64,000 nucleotides of DNA from Podarcis pityusensis. Lineage: Eukaryota. This document shows positions 12,196 through 26,002 of the stretch, piece by piece (the stretch's first letter is position 1; the number at the start of each line of letters is the position of its first letter). The position numbers and the translations under genes were made by a program. Below the pieces are notes generated by a model that saw nothing but the letters and a program-made list of their open reading frames with translations, ran no database searches and was not told where the DNA came from. The stretch lies in NCBI GenBank assembly GCA_964106645.2, contig OZ067053.1. One strand, written 5' to 3'.

Positions 12196-14911
12196 TTGCA
12201 TGCTAGGGTGATCACTGTGGCATTGCCAAAAAGATAAAATGCACTGCCAACCGTACCGAACCCAATAGGGCAATAGAGGACATAACATTTGCATGGGGTA
12301 ATATACATGCAAATCTAGAAATGATTAATTTAAATGGAAATACAATACGGGTCTCAAAATAACAGGGAAGATGGTGCCCAAGTGGCCCGTTTGCTGTTGG
12401 GAGAAAACTTGTGAGGCCTCTGATCTCCCTTCTGCCCCTGGCAGTCCTTGCAAAGGAGGACAGGGGGGTCATCCTACATTGAAATGCTTCGCGTAGGATT
12501 CCTACTACGTGCATTGCCAAGCTAAGGAAAGACTTGTAGGTGCACAGTAACACCCTAAGGAACTTCAAATCCAACTCGGGGTGTGAGTGTGTGTGGAATA
12601 CTACAGGGTGAATCGTACCAGCATAGAACCCCTTTCAAAAGCAACCACCGGCTCCATAACTACAAGTGACAAGCCTTTATGAAATTGGTATCATATCAGA
12701 AGGACAGAGGATCTTTCCTTTGTGCTAGGCACTGCTGAGTTGCCATAGAAGCGGAAGGTAAGAGAAGCCATGCTGAAGGGCTGGGGCAAGCGACAGATTC
12801 CATCAAAATGTGCTGATTGAACACATGGAGGGGTGAGTGTGAGAAATGATTCCTCACCCACACCTATTGCAAGGAGCTTTGAAACAGGGTTTCCAAAGTC
12901 AGTACGGCTGTTCCTTACATATTTTCGGGGGGATACACACAAGTGATGAAAAGCAAACCATGTGCAAATAGATATACTTGACCCACTCTTTGAAAAACAA
13001 AACCAAACAAAAGCCTGAAATCCAGGTTTTGTTTGCCAAGGATGCTTTCTTGCCCAGCACAGACAAAATACAGCTGCAAACTGGATCAGTTGCATTAAAA
13101 CCATGCACAAGGGCCGGGGGGCGGGGCGTGAAGGACATCACTCAAAAAAGGTAGCCTATCAGGCATTTGCTTGCAGCCACAACACCCCCAAGCCTAAATG
13201 CGCACACACAAAGCACAGCCTTACACGAAACACACACACAGTGTGTGCCTCCTCTTTCTCTTTGGCTGCTTAGTCGCCTTAAATCGAGGTGGGGAAGAGA
13301 GAGAAAACTTTGAAAAGGCTAACAACAACAGCCAAAAAAAGGGGGGATTTGTTTTTATAAACAATGGAGGGGGCAAGAATGAAGCATGCACAATATCGAG
13401 ATCTCATCCTTGAGTTTTCAAAAAACCTGGACCTCCAAACAGCACATCTGTTTTTTAAAAAAGGAAAAGACAAAATGGTACTGAATTTTTTTCACGCTAG
13501 CGCCGCTGGTCATGAAAAGGACATAGACTGCTTGATTGTTAATTTTCTTTTTCTCCTCACAAGCATAAAATACAGTACAGTTAACACATAGAGTGACATT
13601 ATATATTATATACCATATACATATTAATATATATCAACATGGTAATATATATGAATATGTATACACACGCGCACAAAAACACATACACACTTGTAGTGCA
13701 ATTTCTTTTAAAACAACCACAACAACCACCCAACAGACAAACAACCAACAACGCGTGAGGCAATGGGAGGGCAGGCGAAAGGCAGGGGAACAGCATTCCT
13801 AGAAGTTGCGACGTTTTTGGATCACTGCGGGGCTGCCAAGTATCCAAAGCTCAGGTTCATGTTGTCCGTAAAGTGCTCCTTTGATTCACAAAGCTAGTAT
13901 GCGTGTTATGTGTGTTTTTCTTATATTGCTTCCCACCCTTCTGGGAGGAGGGATTGCTTATCTGGGCAGCAGCCAAAAGCAGCACAGATGCTTTCTCATG
14001 CTTAGACGCAGGCCATGGGAGGAGAGGGCTGCAAGCATGCATCTATTGAACGACTCCCTTTTGGGCGAAGAAAAAACATTTTGGCTGCTTGAGACCAAAG
14101 CAAGAGAGTTTGGAGTCCAAGTCCCAGTGCTCCAGTCTGGATAGACAAGCTCTCTTTAGCTCTGCCCATGTCCACGTAGGAAATGAGGAACGGCTTCCCA
14201 CCCCAACCCACCCTGCTTCTGTCTGTCATGTAGGTGAGGGACTCTGAACTCAAGATTTCCAGCATTGCAGCGAGGAAAAAATAACGTAAGAAGCCACGAT
14301 TTCTCAGAGCAAGGTGAGCTTCTGGCTTCCACAACTGCCACATAACCGCTGTTGCTCTTCCCGTACGGCGAGCAATGAGAGGCGTAGTAGGAACAGTGCT
14401 CCCAAGTGATTGGCTATCAGCAGACGAGGGCTTGGATTGCAGAACTGGCCAACAGAGACATTCCCCCTTCCGGAGAAACCTCTTTCATTCCAAGAGCAGA
14501 AACGTCTGGATCATTCACCGCCAGCAGTGGACCTCAGTGCTCCAGGCAAGGCCAACTCAGCAGCAACCTTGCTCTCCGAAAACAGGCATGAAAGGAGGGC
14601 TTGATCCTTCTTTTTTTTTACCCAGCTGTTTCCCACCAGATGGTGAGTTGGGGCAAGGGGAACAAGCCTTCTGGATCATCATCTTTCCCTGGTTTGTATT
14701 GTGGCCACATACACACACACAAAAAAAGATTGTAGCAATTCCATGTCCGACCCAGGGGAAGTTCTCCTCGAAGGACGCCAAAACAGGGAAACCGCCATGG
14801 ACGTCCGATAAATTCGTTGCTGACGGGCTTGCTCATACAGTGCTTTGCCATCTTGGTAGCAGGTGCTTAGAGACGGAAAATGATCACCTGCAGAGTTAAG
14901 GGCTATTTTCC

Positions 14912-14967
14912 TCATGCACAGATGCCGGATAGGAGAGCCGACAGCCGGCGTTCAATACACATTTTAC
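14912..14967 (-). CDS. ULK1: ULK1 last coding exon (human exon 28 equivalent)
   Basis: CKMCIERRLSALLSGICA-stop; ttttccag acceptor. Confidence 0.95.
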
Positions 14968-15608
14968 CTGGAAAGAGAAAGCAAATGGGGAAAATGAGAT
15001 TTTGGGGGGGGTCAGCTGTCCTTGCAGCACACCAATATCGTCCTTGTTCACACACAACACTAAACCATGGTTTGGCACAGCTGTCTCAATCTCTGTGCCC
15101 CCCAGACATGGTTGGAGCCCTCTCCCCATCTACCTTGACCATTAGCCATGTTTGCTGGAGGTAACGGGAGCTGGAAGTAGAACATCAGGAGGGCAACACA
15201 CTGAGGAAGGCTGGTTTGAGCATCATCTGCAAGAGCTTTTGGGAGTCTGAGCAAAAGTTTGGACTTGAGCACTCTCAGTTTCACTTTCCCCAATTACTGG
15301 TTTGCTGTGATGTGCAAACCAAGACTTGTAGTTTAAGGTAAACTCTAGTTTGCTGAATTAGACAGCTTTGTAACCCATAGCTCGAAGGTAGCTTCTTTTG
15401 CAAGTGCATGCATTTGGAATCATGAAATCCTGGTTCATATCCAATGATAAAGCCAAGAATCAAGACAAGTGAAACAGAAGACTGCTTTATTCCTCGTCTC
15501 AGCTGCACAGAGGTTAGGGGTGAGGAGTTTTGCATTATTGGTGAACCAGGCAAGCATATGGATGGATGGATGCATAATTCACACTTTTATAAACATACTT
15601 TAAGACAG

Positions 15609-15979
15609 AGTAAAAGGTAAAGGTAAATGATCACTGGATTGTTAAGTCCATTCAAAGGCGACTATGGGGTATGGCGCTCATCTCGCTTTCAGGCTGAGGG
15701 AGCCGGCATTTGTCCGCAGGCAGCTGTCCGGGTCATGTGACCAGCATGACTAAACCGCTTCTGGTGCAACAGGACACAGTGACGGAAACTAGAGCGCACG
15801 GAAACGCCGTTTACCTTCCTGTTGCAGCAGTACCTATTTATCTATTTGTGCTGGAATGCTTTTGAACTGCTAGGTTGGCAGAAGCTGGGATAGAGCAATG
15901 GGAGCTCACCCCATTGTGGGGATTCGAACCGCCGACCTTAATATTGACAAGCCCAAAAGGCTCAGTGGTTTAGACAACA
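15609..15979 (-). mobile_element. Sauria SINE
   Basis: (ACCTTT)n-type tail and the characteristic body GGTCATGTGACCAGCATGACTAAACCGC...GTTTACCTTCC...GGGATTCGAACCGCCGACC. Confidence 0.85.
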
Positions 15980-16792
15980 TCAATACATTGAGTACAACAC
16001 ACAATAAAACCAGCATAAAACCACCAAAAGATACTGATTACTGATTGGCTAAAAACAGATGTTCTAATGAAAGGGGGGGTTGGTTCCTGCTGAATCACTG
16101 CTGGAAGCGAGTTTCACGGGGCACAACCTGCCACATTAAAGGCTTGGTCCCTAGTGACAGCCAACAAAACCTCAGGGATGCGGGGAACCATTAGAAGTGC
16201 TCCATCAGATGATCTCAGTGATTGAGTTGAAACATAAGAAATCAATCCCTAAGGTGTGTGGAGTTGATTAGAATAAAGTAGAAACTGAAATGTAACAACC
16301 AAGACTGCACTCCTATAACCCTGTCCTGGGATGAAGTCCAAGGGGCCTTCTGAGTAGGCAGCTAGAGGACTGCACTTTAAAGGTGTTACGAAGTTATGAA
16401 ATTTCCTTGCATTACACTATCCTGAACTCTGATGTGCCTCCAGCTGGGGAATTACAGATTCTCCTTCATCAGAGGTTTTTAGGCAGAGGCTGCCTGGCCA
16501 TCTGCCGGGGTTTTTTAATGTTGGACTAGATGAGCCTTGGGATCCCTTTCCAACTCTACAATTCTACGGTTCATTTGATTTTCTACTGTCCTGCTCTTCT
16601 ATTGTTCCTCCCATTTGCTCTGCCTATGATCCACTCACTCCACCTGCATTCTCTTTTAAGCTAGGAGAATTTAACGTGGCCGTGCCATCTGTATTCTTTT
16701 TGTGGGGCATTCCCTGACGCACGGCCATATTGTACCATCACATCTATACTTTTTTACTTAAAAAAAAAAAAAAAGCATTTCCCGACCCTTAC

Positions 16793-16928
16793 ATTTATTA
16801 ATGTTCTCAATGTCGCCTTGCTCAGTGATGATGTTCAAGAGCCCCTCCATGAGCAGCAGTGCCTTGTGGTATCGTTGTGCACAATCTTCTCTGTGATGAA
16901 ACATCTCATCCAGCGCTGCTGCCTGAAC
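16793..16928 (-). CDS. ULK1: ULK1 exon 27 equivalent
   Basis: 136 nt; VQAAALDEMFHHREDCAQRYHKALLLMEGLLNIITEQGDIENINK; GT-AG. Confidence 0.95.
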
Positions 16929-18084
16929 CTGGAGAGAGAATGCCTTCAGTGGTTACTCTGCCAGCGAATATAAAGCTTGCACAACTATGTCTCAACAGAC
17001 TGGATTTGCACATAAGCATAGATTTAAACTGCAACACCCCCGCCCCCCGCATTGCACGGCTGCTGAAAAGCGTAGAATGCATTTTCACACTGCCCTCTTA
17101 ATTAGCCCGCATCTCTCTGCTGTGGCTTTCCAACTCCAGTTCGCTGCCAGCAGGGATGGGCAAAAGGGGCTGATTCTGCTGCACTCCTACAGGAAGATCC
17201 TGTGCACTGACGCATTGTGGGGAGCATCACCTGACTATTTCAAACTAGGAACGTGCCTCTCATGTGGATGTTGCCCATGGAGAGCATCATCAAAAGGTCT
17301 AGGCAGAAAGCAGGAGACTGACAATAGCAGGGAGGTCCTTCTTGTTTTGGCTGCCGGGGGAGAACATGCCGGAAGTTCAGAAGAGGCACCCAGAAAGGAT
17401 GCTTAAAAATATGCTGAAGACAGCAGACGTATGAGAGTGGGGAGGCATGGCTGGCATTAGCTGAGCACCTGCCAAAGCCCAGAGGCTGGTAAAAGTCCCT
17501 GAAGACCATTTTCACTCAGAGCACCCAGGGAGCTTTTCCGTCTAGTTCTGCTTCCAATCTCTCTGGGGTACTCTGTGCAAAGAGGACTCTGTGGTTTGAG
17601 GGAGTGCAAAAATCCCAAAGATACGCCAGAGGGATGCAAAGTGACCATCTGATGCTGCCTTATATCTCATCAGGTCACTGGTACATCTAGGCTAGTTCTA
17701 GATCTACTGTGTCCATTCCAAGGTTTCCCCAAGTTACTGGAGACCCTTTTATCTCTGTGGGTGCCCAGGATTGATCTGTCTGCATGCATTCTACCACCAT
17801 GAATACACACAGCCCACAAAAGGTGCAAAGAACACACTCCCAGAGAACTGTGGGGTTCTCTTTCGGTTTGCACGGCCCTTGCTGCTACTGCTACTTAAGG
17901 TGCATATGTGTTAAAATTCTTATTAGGGCCCCTTTGTATCCTGTAAAGGGGTGAGGGGAAATGGTGCTTGCCAGGGGGTTGGGCTGAGCCCTAGCCCATC
18001 CCTAGGGCTCAGCAAATGCCACATACTAACTCCCAAATACTGCACACATGCAACCCAGTATACATGAGAAGCATTTCGCCCTAC

Positions 18085-18242
18085 CATCTGCACGGCGTGG
18101 CTGAAGATGAGCTTCTCGGCCGTGATGCTGTTGATGCGATCCATGAGCTTCTGCTTGTCCAATAACCACCTCTGCAACCTCACGTTCAGGCAATGGCAGG
18201 AGGAAACACTGGATTTATACAGATCGTTGAGCTTCCTCACAA
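18085..18242 (-). CDS. ULK1: ULK1 exon 26 equivalent
   Basis: 158 nt; VRKLNDLYKSSVSSCHCLNVRLQRWLLDKQKLMDRINSITAEKLIFSHAVQM. Confidence 0.95.
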
Positions 18243-20456
18243 CTAGAAGGAGAAGAAGGGGTGGATAACGCTACTTTACAGGACGGCCTCCGCTTCTGGC
18301 CACTCCTTATCCACATCAAGAGTCTCTTGCCACAGTGTTTGCAAAGGGTGACCAACACCAACATTGTCCACTGACTGCCCATCATTTGATGGAGGTTTGG
18401 GGAACTGGCTTATTGGGGGAATGGCTTCCAATTGGGGCATCCGAAGGACTCCCAGGTGCCTGAGCCTATGTGAGCACTGAGATCCTTAGAGGCCCTTCTT
18501 TGAGGGACCTCACTGTCCCAGGTACAGCATGTGACATCTGGGGAGAGGGCTACTTCAACGATGATGATAATGATACCCTATTTATGAGATGCCTTCCATA
18601 AAGAGGTTAGTCCATCGGGTGTCTCCTCTCTTACATTTTAGGCACCTTTCAACTTGCCGATGATGATGATGATGATAATGATGATGAATAGCAGATGTTC
18701 ATTTTATTTGCTGTGGTTTATTATCTGAAACCTTATCTCTGCTGCAGCTGCTAAAAATGCTGCTAATAAAAATAAAAATGCTGCTAAGCTCCCCCTCCCC
18801 CCCCACGAGGTTTCTTAACAGAAGCTTTTATTGTGTGCAGCTTTGGAAACATAATTTAAAACTGAGAAGGAGACTGTGCGATCTTGAAATATCATCATCA
18901 ACGACATCACCATTTTATTTGTATGCACAAGCAGAATCTTCTTCCACAGGAGAACCCAGAGAGTTGCAGCAAGGAATAATCCTTTTCAGCCAAAAACTCT
19001 TCCAAGATTTGTCCCTCTGCCCACTCCCAACAGCCAGTCAGCATTCTGTGGCCAAAATGCTTTGCTTGCCCTGTCCTCATTGGGCCAACTCAGGGTTACT
19101 GCTGAAGGCTGCGCTCCACAAAGACTTCTGATACGTAGGCAAAGCACTGAGTTCCCCAAGCTCACCAATACCCCTGGTCTTGTGCCCTAGATGGTGCTGT
19201 AATACGATGCTTACGTATATGTAAACATCATTCCTTTCTGTGGACTCTGCTTTTGCCTCCAGTACCCGCAGAGGATCCCGTGCCAAGCAACAAAATGATT
19301 CGGCCTGCTGAGTGTTATTTAACAGCAGAGGCACAACATGTAATTATTAAGTTGCACCCACATCAATTATCGTTAAGCCCTTGCACATAGCTAAGAGCTG
19401 AAACATTCAGATCAGGCGACGTGTTTTCCAGACGGGCAACTGGAATACATGTGGAGACCCGTAGCACCGATCACATTTTACAGAGTGCAAAACAGTGCTG
19501 TCCCTAGTTTGAGAGAGATAGAGGAAGATAAAAACAAGTACGCACAGGACAGATTGATCTTGTATGCTTGGCTAACTCAATTTTCACTTCACCCTGGAAT
19601 GTAATAGTAGGGGGTCCGGGGGAGAAAGAAGGAGGACCTCTCTGAGTGTTGCCTGAATACTGCTCAAACTGGCAGTGACTCTCTGGGGTCTCAGGCAAGG
19701 GTCTCTCATCCTCTGCAACTGGATCCTTTTAATTTCAGGTGCCGGGGACCTTCGGCACACAAAGCCTGGACCACCTAAACACCACCACTTGTCACACTGT
19801 GCTCGGCATCGCCACCTGTCTGTGGCCAAGCAAACTGCAGCATGACAACACACTTGTGTTTTATTATATGTAACAAATGCATCAGTTCTGATGGCACAAG
19901 AGTTGACAGTGATGAACACGTCCTCTCAATATAAACAAACCACTTTCTCTCTCTTGGTGTCTGTCTGTTTTATGCCTTATTTTGTTTTGGCAAGTTGTCA
20001 TTTTGTATTTGTATGATGGCTCAGGGTTTCAAAAGCCGGAAGTGGCCAAGGCCTCTCGGGACCTCTGAGAAGGGGGGCGGGGGCTGGACATGGATCAATG
20101 CCATCACTGGATGCAAGGATTATTTTTCTGAGCAGGTATTGCTCGCTCCAAAGGTGAGAGAAAGGGACAATTCTATCAGTATCACAGGAGATAGATGCTA
20201 AAAATATGGGGGCATAGCAAGCTAACAGAAGTGTGATTAAAGAATGAAAACATAAGATGTGTATACTAAGTCTGTGAAAGTGCATAAATAAAATTTTTTT
20301 AAAAGAGAAGTGGGTTGCAGCCTATGGTAGTCTTAATCAGAGTTGACTCATAGCTATTACTAATTTTAGTGGGTCCAACCTAAGTAGGACTACCATGGGA
20401 TACAACCCACAATCAGGAATCCCCCTGTGTGTGTGCATTTGAAGAAGAGTGCTTAC

Positions 20457-20575
20457 TTTGTTTGACGGTGGAGGAGAGGCACAACTTGCCTGCCCGGATC
20501 TGGTCTATGGCCATCTGCAGGCCTGCGGACAGCAACTCTGCTACTTTCAAGTACAGCACCAACTGTTCTGCATAG
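20457..20575 (-). CDS. ULK1: ULK1 exon 25 equivalent
   Basis: 119 nt; YAEQLVLYLKVAELLSAGLQMAIDQIRAGKLCLSSTVKQ. Confidence 0.95.
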
Positions 20576-20710
20576 CTGAAAAAAGGAAGCACCAGCAGAT
20601 TAATGGAGCTGCCATCCACACAGCTGCAGAGGAAGACACACAAAGCTGCTTTGAGCCCAAGCCAGGCCATCACAGTTCTCTCGGGGACCTCCCCAAACAT
20701 CACCCTTTAC

Positions 20711-20889
20711 CTCCATTCTTTGCTGAGCAGGCTGATCTGGTCAGCCACGACGCTTTCCTGGAGCTGGTACTCGGAGGCCACCGAGCTGCTCATCTCGCTG
20801 GTGTTCCCTTTGACGGCCGCTATCTCCATCACGTAGTGGACAAAGGCCAGGGTGAACCGCAGACTGCGAAGGATGTCCGTGTGCTCTTG
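20711..20889 (-). CDS. ULK1: ULK1 exon 24 equivalent
   Basis: 179 nt; QEHTDILRSLRFTLAFV...EYQLQESVVADQISLLSKEW (C-terminal tandem-MIT/EAT region). Confidence 0.95.
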
Positions 20890-21543
20890 CTGTAAGCGGG
20901 GAGACAAAGGGAGACGAGGTTTCGTTAGCAAGCCAGCTCTAGAATGCAGAAAGCAGCAGATTCAAGGAAAGACCAACGCCTTGTCCTAGGCTGTGAGCTT
21001 TACACTATGGGTGGGCAACCTTTCCCCTGTCGAGGGCTGCATGCCCTTGGGAGTCATCGGGGGCGGGGCAGGCCTCCTCTCCCTCAACCTCCACCTGGCA
21101 TCAGGCTGCCTCAGTGGGACAGCAGGGAAGCAGGCCTTCTTCCATCAGCACCGCTGAAAGACATGCTCCATCAGGTACTTCCTCTGTCCCTGAACTGTTC
21201 CTATGCCAGATGGTCATTATTTAATAATCCGCTTTCCCATGCCTCTTCCCTGCCTGTGCATTTCCCTTTGTGTGCAGTTCTGTTTGTTTGTTTTTTGAAG
21301 ATTGCACTCCTGAGAGCAGCGACTGTCCTGCTTTAACTGATAGTAAGCCACTCTGGGAGCCTTTTTGGCTGAAGAGAGGGATACAAATGCTCTAAAAAAC
21401 CCCCTGCTGTATGGCCTTTAACCAAGCCAGTTGCTCTCTCACTCAGAGTCCAGTACCGCCCACAGGCTTCCTTTAATAAACTGGTTTGCATTTAAGATGC
21501 CAGAAACATATTTGTTGTTTCTGCTGCTTCGTAGGGTTATTGG

Positions 21544-21676
21544 CAGTGCACTTTTTCTAGAAAAATAGGTGCCGGTACTCATGAAGTTGTTACGGTAAGT
21601 GTCACACTTTTTAACAAACAAAAAAGAGGTGCCAGTGCTGCATAACCTTGAGTACCCCCTAAAAAAAAGAGCACTG
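21544..21676. mobile_element. hAT-type MITE
   Basis: TIR CAGTGCACTTTTT / AAAAAGAGCACTG; perfect 8-bp TSD GTTATTGG. Confidence 0.8.
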
Positions 21677-21868
21677 GTTATTGGGAAGATAAGTCTGGGG
21701 GAAGGGGGAGAGAGTTAGGAATGCCCCTTTGAGCTCCGAGAAGGAATGGCTGGGAGGGTAAGGCTTATGCCAACACTCTCCGTGGCCACGGTTAAGAAAA
21801 GTGGAAGGAAGAGGCAGCATGGGTGGAAAACATGAACGCACGCTCCCAGGGCTCCCGACGCAGCTCTA

Positions 21869-22074
21869 CAGGTGAAACTCGAAAAATTAGAATATCGTGG
21901 AAAAGTTCATTTATTTCAGTACGCCATAATCATCACAATTATAACAAATAAAGGCTTGACATATCTCGCTTTGCGTGTCATGAGTCTATCTCATATATTA
22001 GTTTCACCTTTTAAGTAGAATTACTGAAATATATGAACTTGTCCACGATATTCTAATTTTTCAAGTTTCACTTG
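21869..22074. mobile_element. Tc1/mariner-type MITE
   Basis: ~55-bp imperfect TIRs CAGGTGAAACTCGAAAAATTAGAATATCGTGG... with TA on both flanks. Confidence 0.8.
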
Positions 22075-24139
22075 TAGTTCAAGGGGAGCCACAGGTGAGA
22101 AACATTCCCATGGCTCCCACTGTGGTTCTCATTCAGAGGGAGCCGGTGCCAAATCAGCAGCCGCCTTTACGGGCCTGCCCACTCACGGAATTAATGACTT
22201 TAAAAATTAAAAAACTGGGATTGAGACTTGTGCAGAGCCTGTGTTTGCACAGCTCTATAGAAACTGCTGAGAGTCTATAAATAGAGATGAAACAGTGACC
22301 TACTTTCCTTCCACTGCCCCCTCCCCCCTCTTCTCCCTCCCATCGCTTTCATCTAGGTGCACATTTGGCAGAGGTTTTCGTTCAATTCACATATAAAAGG
22401 AGTGGGTGGGAGGGCTTGAAGTCTTTGAGCTCAACAGCAACCTGAACCAAGGTTTTTTTTGGGTTGTGATCCCCTCTCTCCGAGCACCGACACAGCCAAC
22501 CACATGGGTTTTGTTTTCATCTGTCTCCCTAGCCCAACTCCTTTGCACACTCAGGAGATAGCAGCTTGGAACATGGAGAACCACCTCTTCGGCCAGGATC
22601 GCTGGTTATTTTTAAACACGCGTGCAGCTTTGCAGACAATGCGAAAGAGCAGATCTGACTCAAGAACTGGAAATGGTAAGAATGCAATGCCCTGGTCGCT
22701 TGGGGGTGGGGGTGGGAATCAGGCTGCTGCGACTCAAGGAGCCTGACATTCAGTCTCCTTCAGAAAGCACCGGCGCGATCCAAATATCAGGTGTAATTCA
22801 AGCTTTCACTACTGACGAGACAGCATTCTGACAACACTCCACTAACATTTCACTAGGTATTTATTACCTAGCAACGGTCTCAACTTTTACGGTTCAGAGC
22901 TTTCAGTTCTACTCTCCTTTCCAGATTCGCAGGCTTCCTCTAAAGACATTCTCTTCTTCCTGTATACAGATGGAAAACTGAGGCTGGCTTTATCCCTCAG
23001 TGAGCTCCTGGCTTAGTTGAGAGGCTTCCCGTAGCCAAACAACACAACAACAACCCTCCGCTCCATTCATGGAAACACAAGCCCCAATGTGATGCTGCCT
23101 CTCCTTCACTGTCCATAGAAACCAAATGAGCCAAGGGAGAGCCTTCTAATAATACAGGAGGGAAGTTTTAAAAAGGCCTCTTTTGCTTGGAAAAGGAAGC
23201 AGCTGGGAGTCAAGTGGCAGCAGCATATATCACAAAGATGAATGGAAGGAAAGAAACCGCAAATACATAGTATTCAGTGATAATTAACACTGCAGCTCTA
23301 CACACACACACACGAGAGAGAGAGAGAGAGAGAGTATTATCCCCAGATGTGGTGCCTAAACGACTTTTGGAACTCCCTCCCACTTGACCTTATTTAACAT
23401 TTCTAAGCTACAAGTATTGCCTGCAAGTCCCTGGAAGCACAAGTCAATTAATAAAAAAAATTGTTAAAGAACAAACTGGCAGCCATAAAACGATGCCCTA
23501 AATGACAGTGTGCCATAGCAGATCAAATACCAGAATAGAACCATGGAGATTTTGGTTCAAATCCCCATTCAGACATGAAGGTCTTTTAAGTGGCAAATAA
23601 CTCCCTCAGCCTAACCTATCTCATAGGGTTGTAAAGCCTGAACAAGACCTCAGAGGGCAAAGATGCTAAATATTCACCTAGATCAGGAACACCGGAAAGC
23701 CACATAGCGGCGGAGGCACTGGAGAGCTTTACAATACAACATCTTAAAGTGGGGTAGCTAGAATCTTTTTTCCAGCAATTGTTTCCATATCTCATGATTT
23801 GTGCAGAAGTAGCAAACAGGGACAGGATGGGGAGCTGCTGTGTTGAGCTACGTAAGGCACGGGAGCCCCACCTCAGCGCTACTGAACCCCCCATGACACT
23901 GACAACATATTTTTGTTCTTTTACCTCCCAACAATCACAAGGACCAGCATTTTGCTTTTAATAAAACCCAGGGAGGCCAAGAATGTTAAGTTCCACACCA
24001 GGCACCCAAACTGTGTCTGTGTCTGACAAGGTGAGAAATGCGAGGAACACTGATGAACCTGTGGAGGACCAAATGAATTTCAGCCTCATGTTTTAATCTT
24101 GGGTCTCTGGGGTGGGTGGGGAGGTGGGTTTCAACTCAC

Positions 24140-24327
24140 TTCCATGAGCGTCTCCTCCGGTAGCTCGGGTGCCTCAAAGGTGACTGCTCCCTCCAGGTTG
24201 GCAGTGATGGGGTCGGCAAAAGTATATCTGACGCCTGATGGGGCTTCGAGCACATCCCCGCCAGCACTCATGATGAAGTGCCGCCCGCTGAAAGACCCTC
24301 CCGAACTGTGAGAGCTGGAAGATCCCA
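24140..24327 (-). CDS. ULK1: ULK1 exon 23 equivalent
   Basis: 188 nt; ...FADPITANLEGAVTFEAPELPEETLME; GTGAGT donor. Confidence 0.95.
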
Positions 24328-25141
24328 CTAAAAGGGTTGAAACAGAGAAGCAAAAGTTACCTAGACGTGACTCTTCAGGCCAAAGGAGAAAAACAAACAA
24401 ACACAGTTTTATTTATTGATTCAGATTAAGCTCCAATTTAGGGCTCATCCAGGCTTCCTTTTGTGCCATGTTTCTGAATTTCAGGAATTTTGGGGAAACC
24501 TGAATTTCCGCTTGTTCTGAATCAGCATTAAAGAGCAGCTTTTCCTGGGGAAAGTTAGATGGGGTGCACTCAGACAAGGAGCTTTAAAGCAGGGTGAAAG
24601 GTAAGTGTGGATGAGCCCTTAATTGTGACATTTTAATCCTCAGCTATCCTTATTAATCCCTTTCCACCAAGCAAAGTCCAAACACAGCCTTATTTCATAG
24701 GACTATCATCCCAATGACAATGAGAACGGCAGTGCTTGTAAGCAAAGCTCCATGTGAGCAGGAGCTTCCTCATTTATGGTGCTTCTCCTGAAATAAAAAT
24801 AGTCTCCATGTGTGCACCAGTACTCCAGTGGGTACCCAGAACTTAGTGAAGCTTTGGGGTGGGGCAAATGCCCTGAGCTTCCTTAGATCTCAAAAATTCA
24901 CACATTTTTTTTAAAAAAGGAAGGTGTCTGTATAATTGCTAGCTCAAGATCTGTGACATAACAGGGAAGCAAGTCTGTCAGGCGGCTCACAGTGTGTGTA
25001 TGTGCATGTGAGACACTAGATTCCTTGTCCCTAGAATACACACATCCCTGAGTTAGGACACAAAGCCAGGACAGTAACTATGAAGATAATTCCAATTTCC
25101 TTCTGGACAGCAGTATCAAGATGGCAGGAAGCACTCATTAC

Positions 25142-25285
25142 CTGAAAACATTCTGGTCCTGGTGGTCTGCGGTGGGGTTGTCCCACTGGGAGGGGAACCA
25201 ACAGTAAAGACCACTGGGGAAGGGCTTGCAGAGCCGCCATCCCTGGCCCCAGAGTGTAAGTTTCCTCCACAGTCAACAGAAGGAG
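25142..25285 (-). CDS. ULK1: ULK1 exon 22 equivalent
   Basis: 144 nt; ...SPSPVVFTVGSPPSGTTPPQTTRTRMFS (contains the mTORC1-site motif VGSPP). Confidence 0.93.
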
Positions 25286-25620
25286 CTGCGAGGAAAGAAT
25301 GGCAAAAAAATTGGCTTGAGTTAAGATTTTATGAGAGCCGTAAAAGATATCAAGATAGAAACACAGTCAGCCTAGAAGTTAAGAGTGTTGGTGGGACTAA
25401 GGTTCAAATCTCCCAACTAAGCCATGTAGCTCACTGGGTGTTTGAGCCAGTCACTTGCTGTCTCTCAGCTTAGCCTACTTCTCAGGGCTGTTGTCAGGAT
25501 ATTATGGATCTGTGGGAGAGGGTGAGGGAAGAGAACCCTGTGTATAGCTCCTCCAATTCGAGTAACTAAAAAAAGGAGCACAACGAAAAAGGAACCCCAG
25601 AGTTTCCCATCTCCCCGTAC

Positions 25621-25724
25621 CTGTGATTTCCATGGGCTTCTCATTATTCAAACTGTCATTGCTTCCAGCTTCCCCAAAAGCAGCTTTGAGGAGGAGATCA
25701 GTGAGGCGACCGGTGCTGAGCGAC
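25621..25724 (-). CDS. ULK1: ULK1 exon 21 equivalent
   Basis: 104 nt; SLSTGRLTDLLLKAAFGEAGSNDSLNNEKPMEIT. Confidence 0.93.
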
Positions 25725-25864
25725 CTGGAGGAAGGAGAGAAGCAAGACAAGTGAACGTGAGGGGACGGACGGACGCACAGGTGTTGTGGATTTCTGCTCC
25801 CTAACGGCTGGTTGCAGTGAAAAGCGCAGTGGCCTTTAAAGAAGGACAAAAGGCCTCTCTAGAA

Positions 25865-26002
25865 CAGGCATCCCTAAACATGGCCCCTCCAGCTGTTTTG
25901 GGACTACAACTCCCATCATCCTTAGCTAATAGGACCAGTGGTCAGGGGTGATGGGAACTGGTAGTCCCAAAACAGCTGGAGGGCCGAGTTTAGGGATGCC
26001 TG
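25865..26002. mobile_element. Palindromic hAT-Charlie-like MITE
   Basis: TIR CAGGCATCCCTAAAC / GTTTAGGGATGCCTG; perfect 8-bp TSD CTCTAGAA. Confidence 0.88.

Larger units (their letters stand above)
10360..14911 (-). other. ULK1: ULK1 3' UTR (~4.5 kb, inferred)
   Basis: Lies between the stop codon and the poly(A) signal; TE-poor, AU-rich, with miRNA seed sites. Confidence 0.55.
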
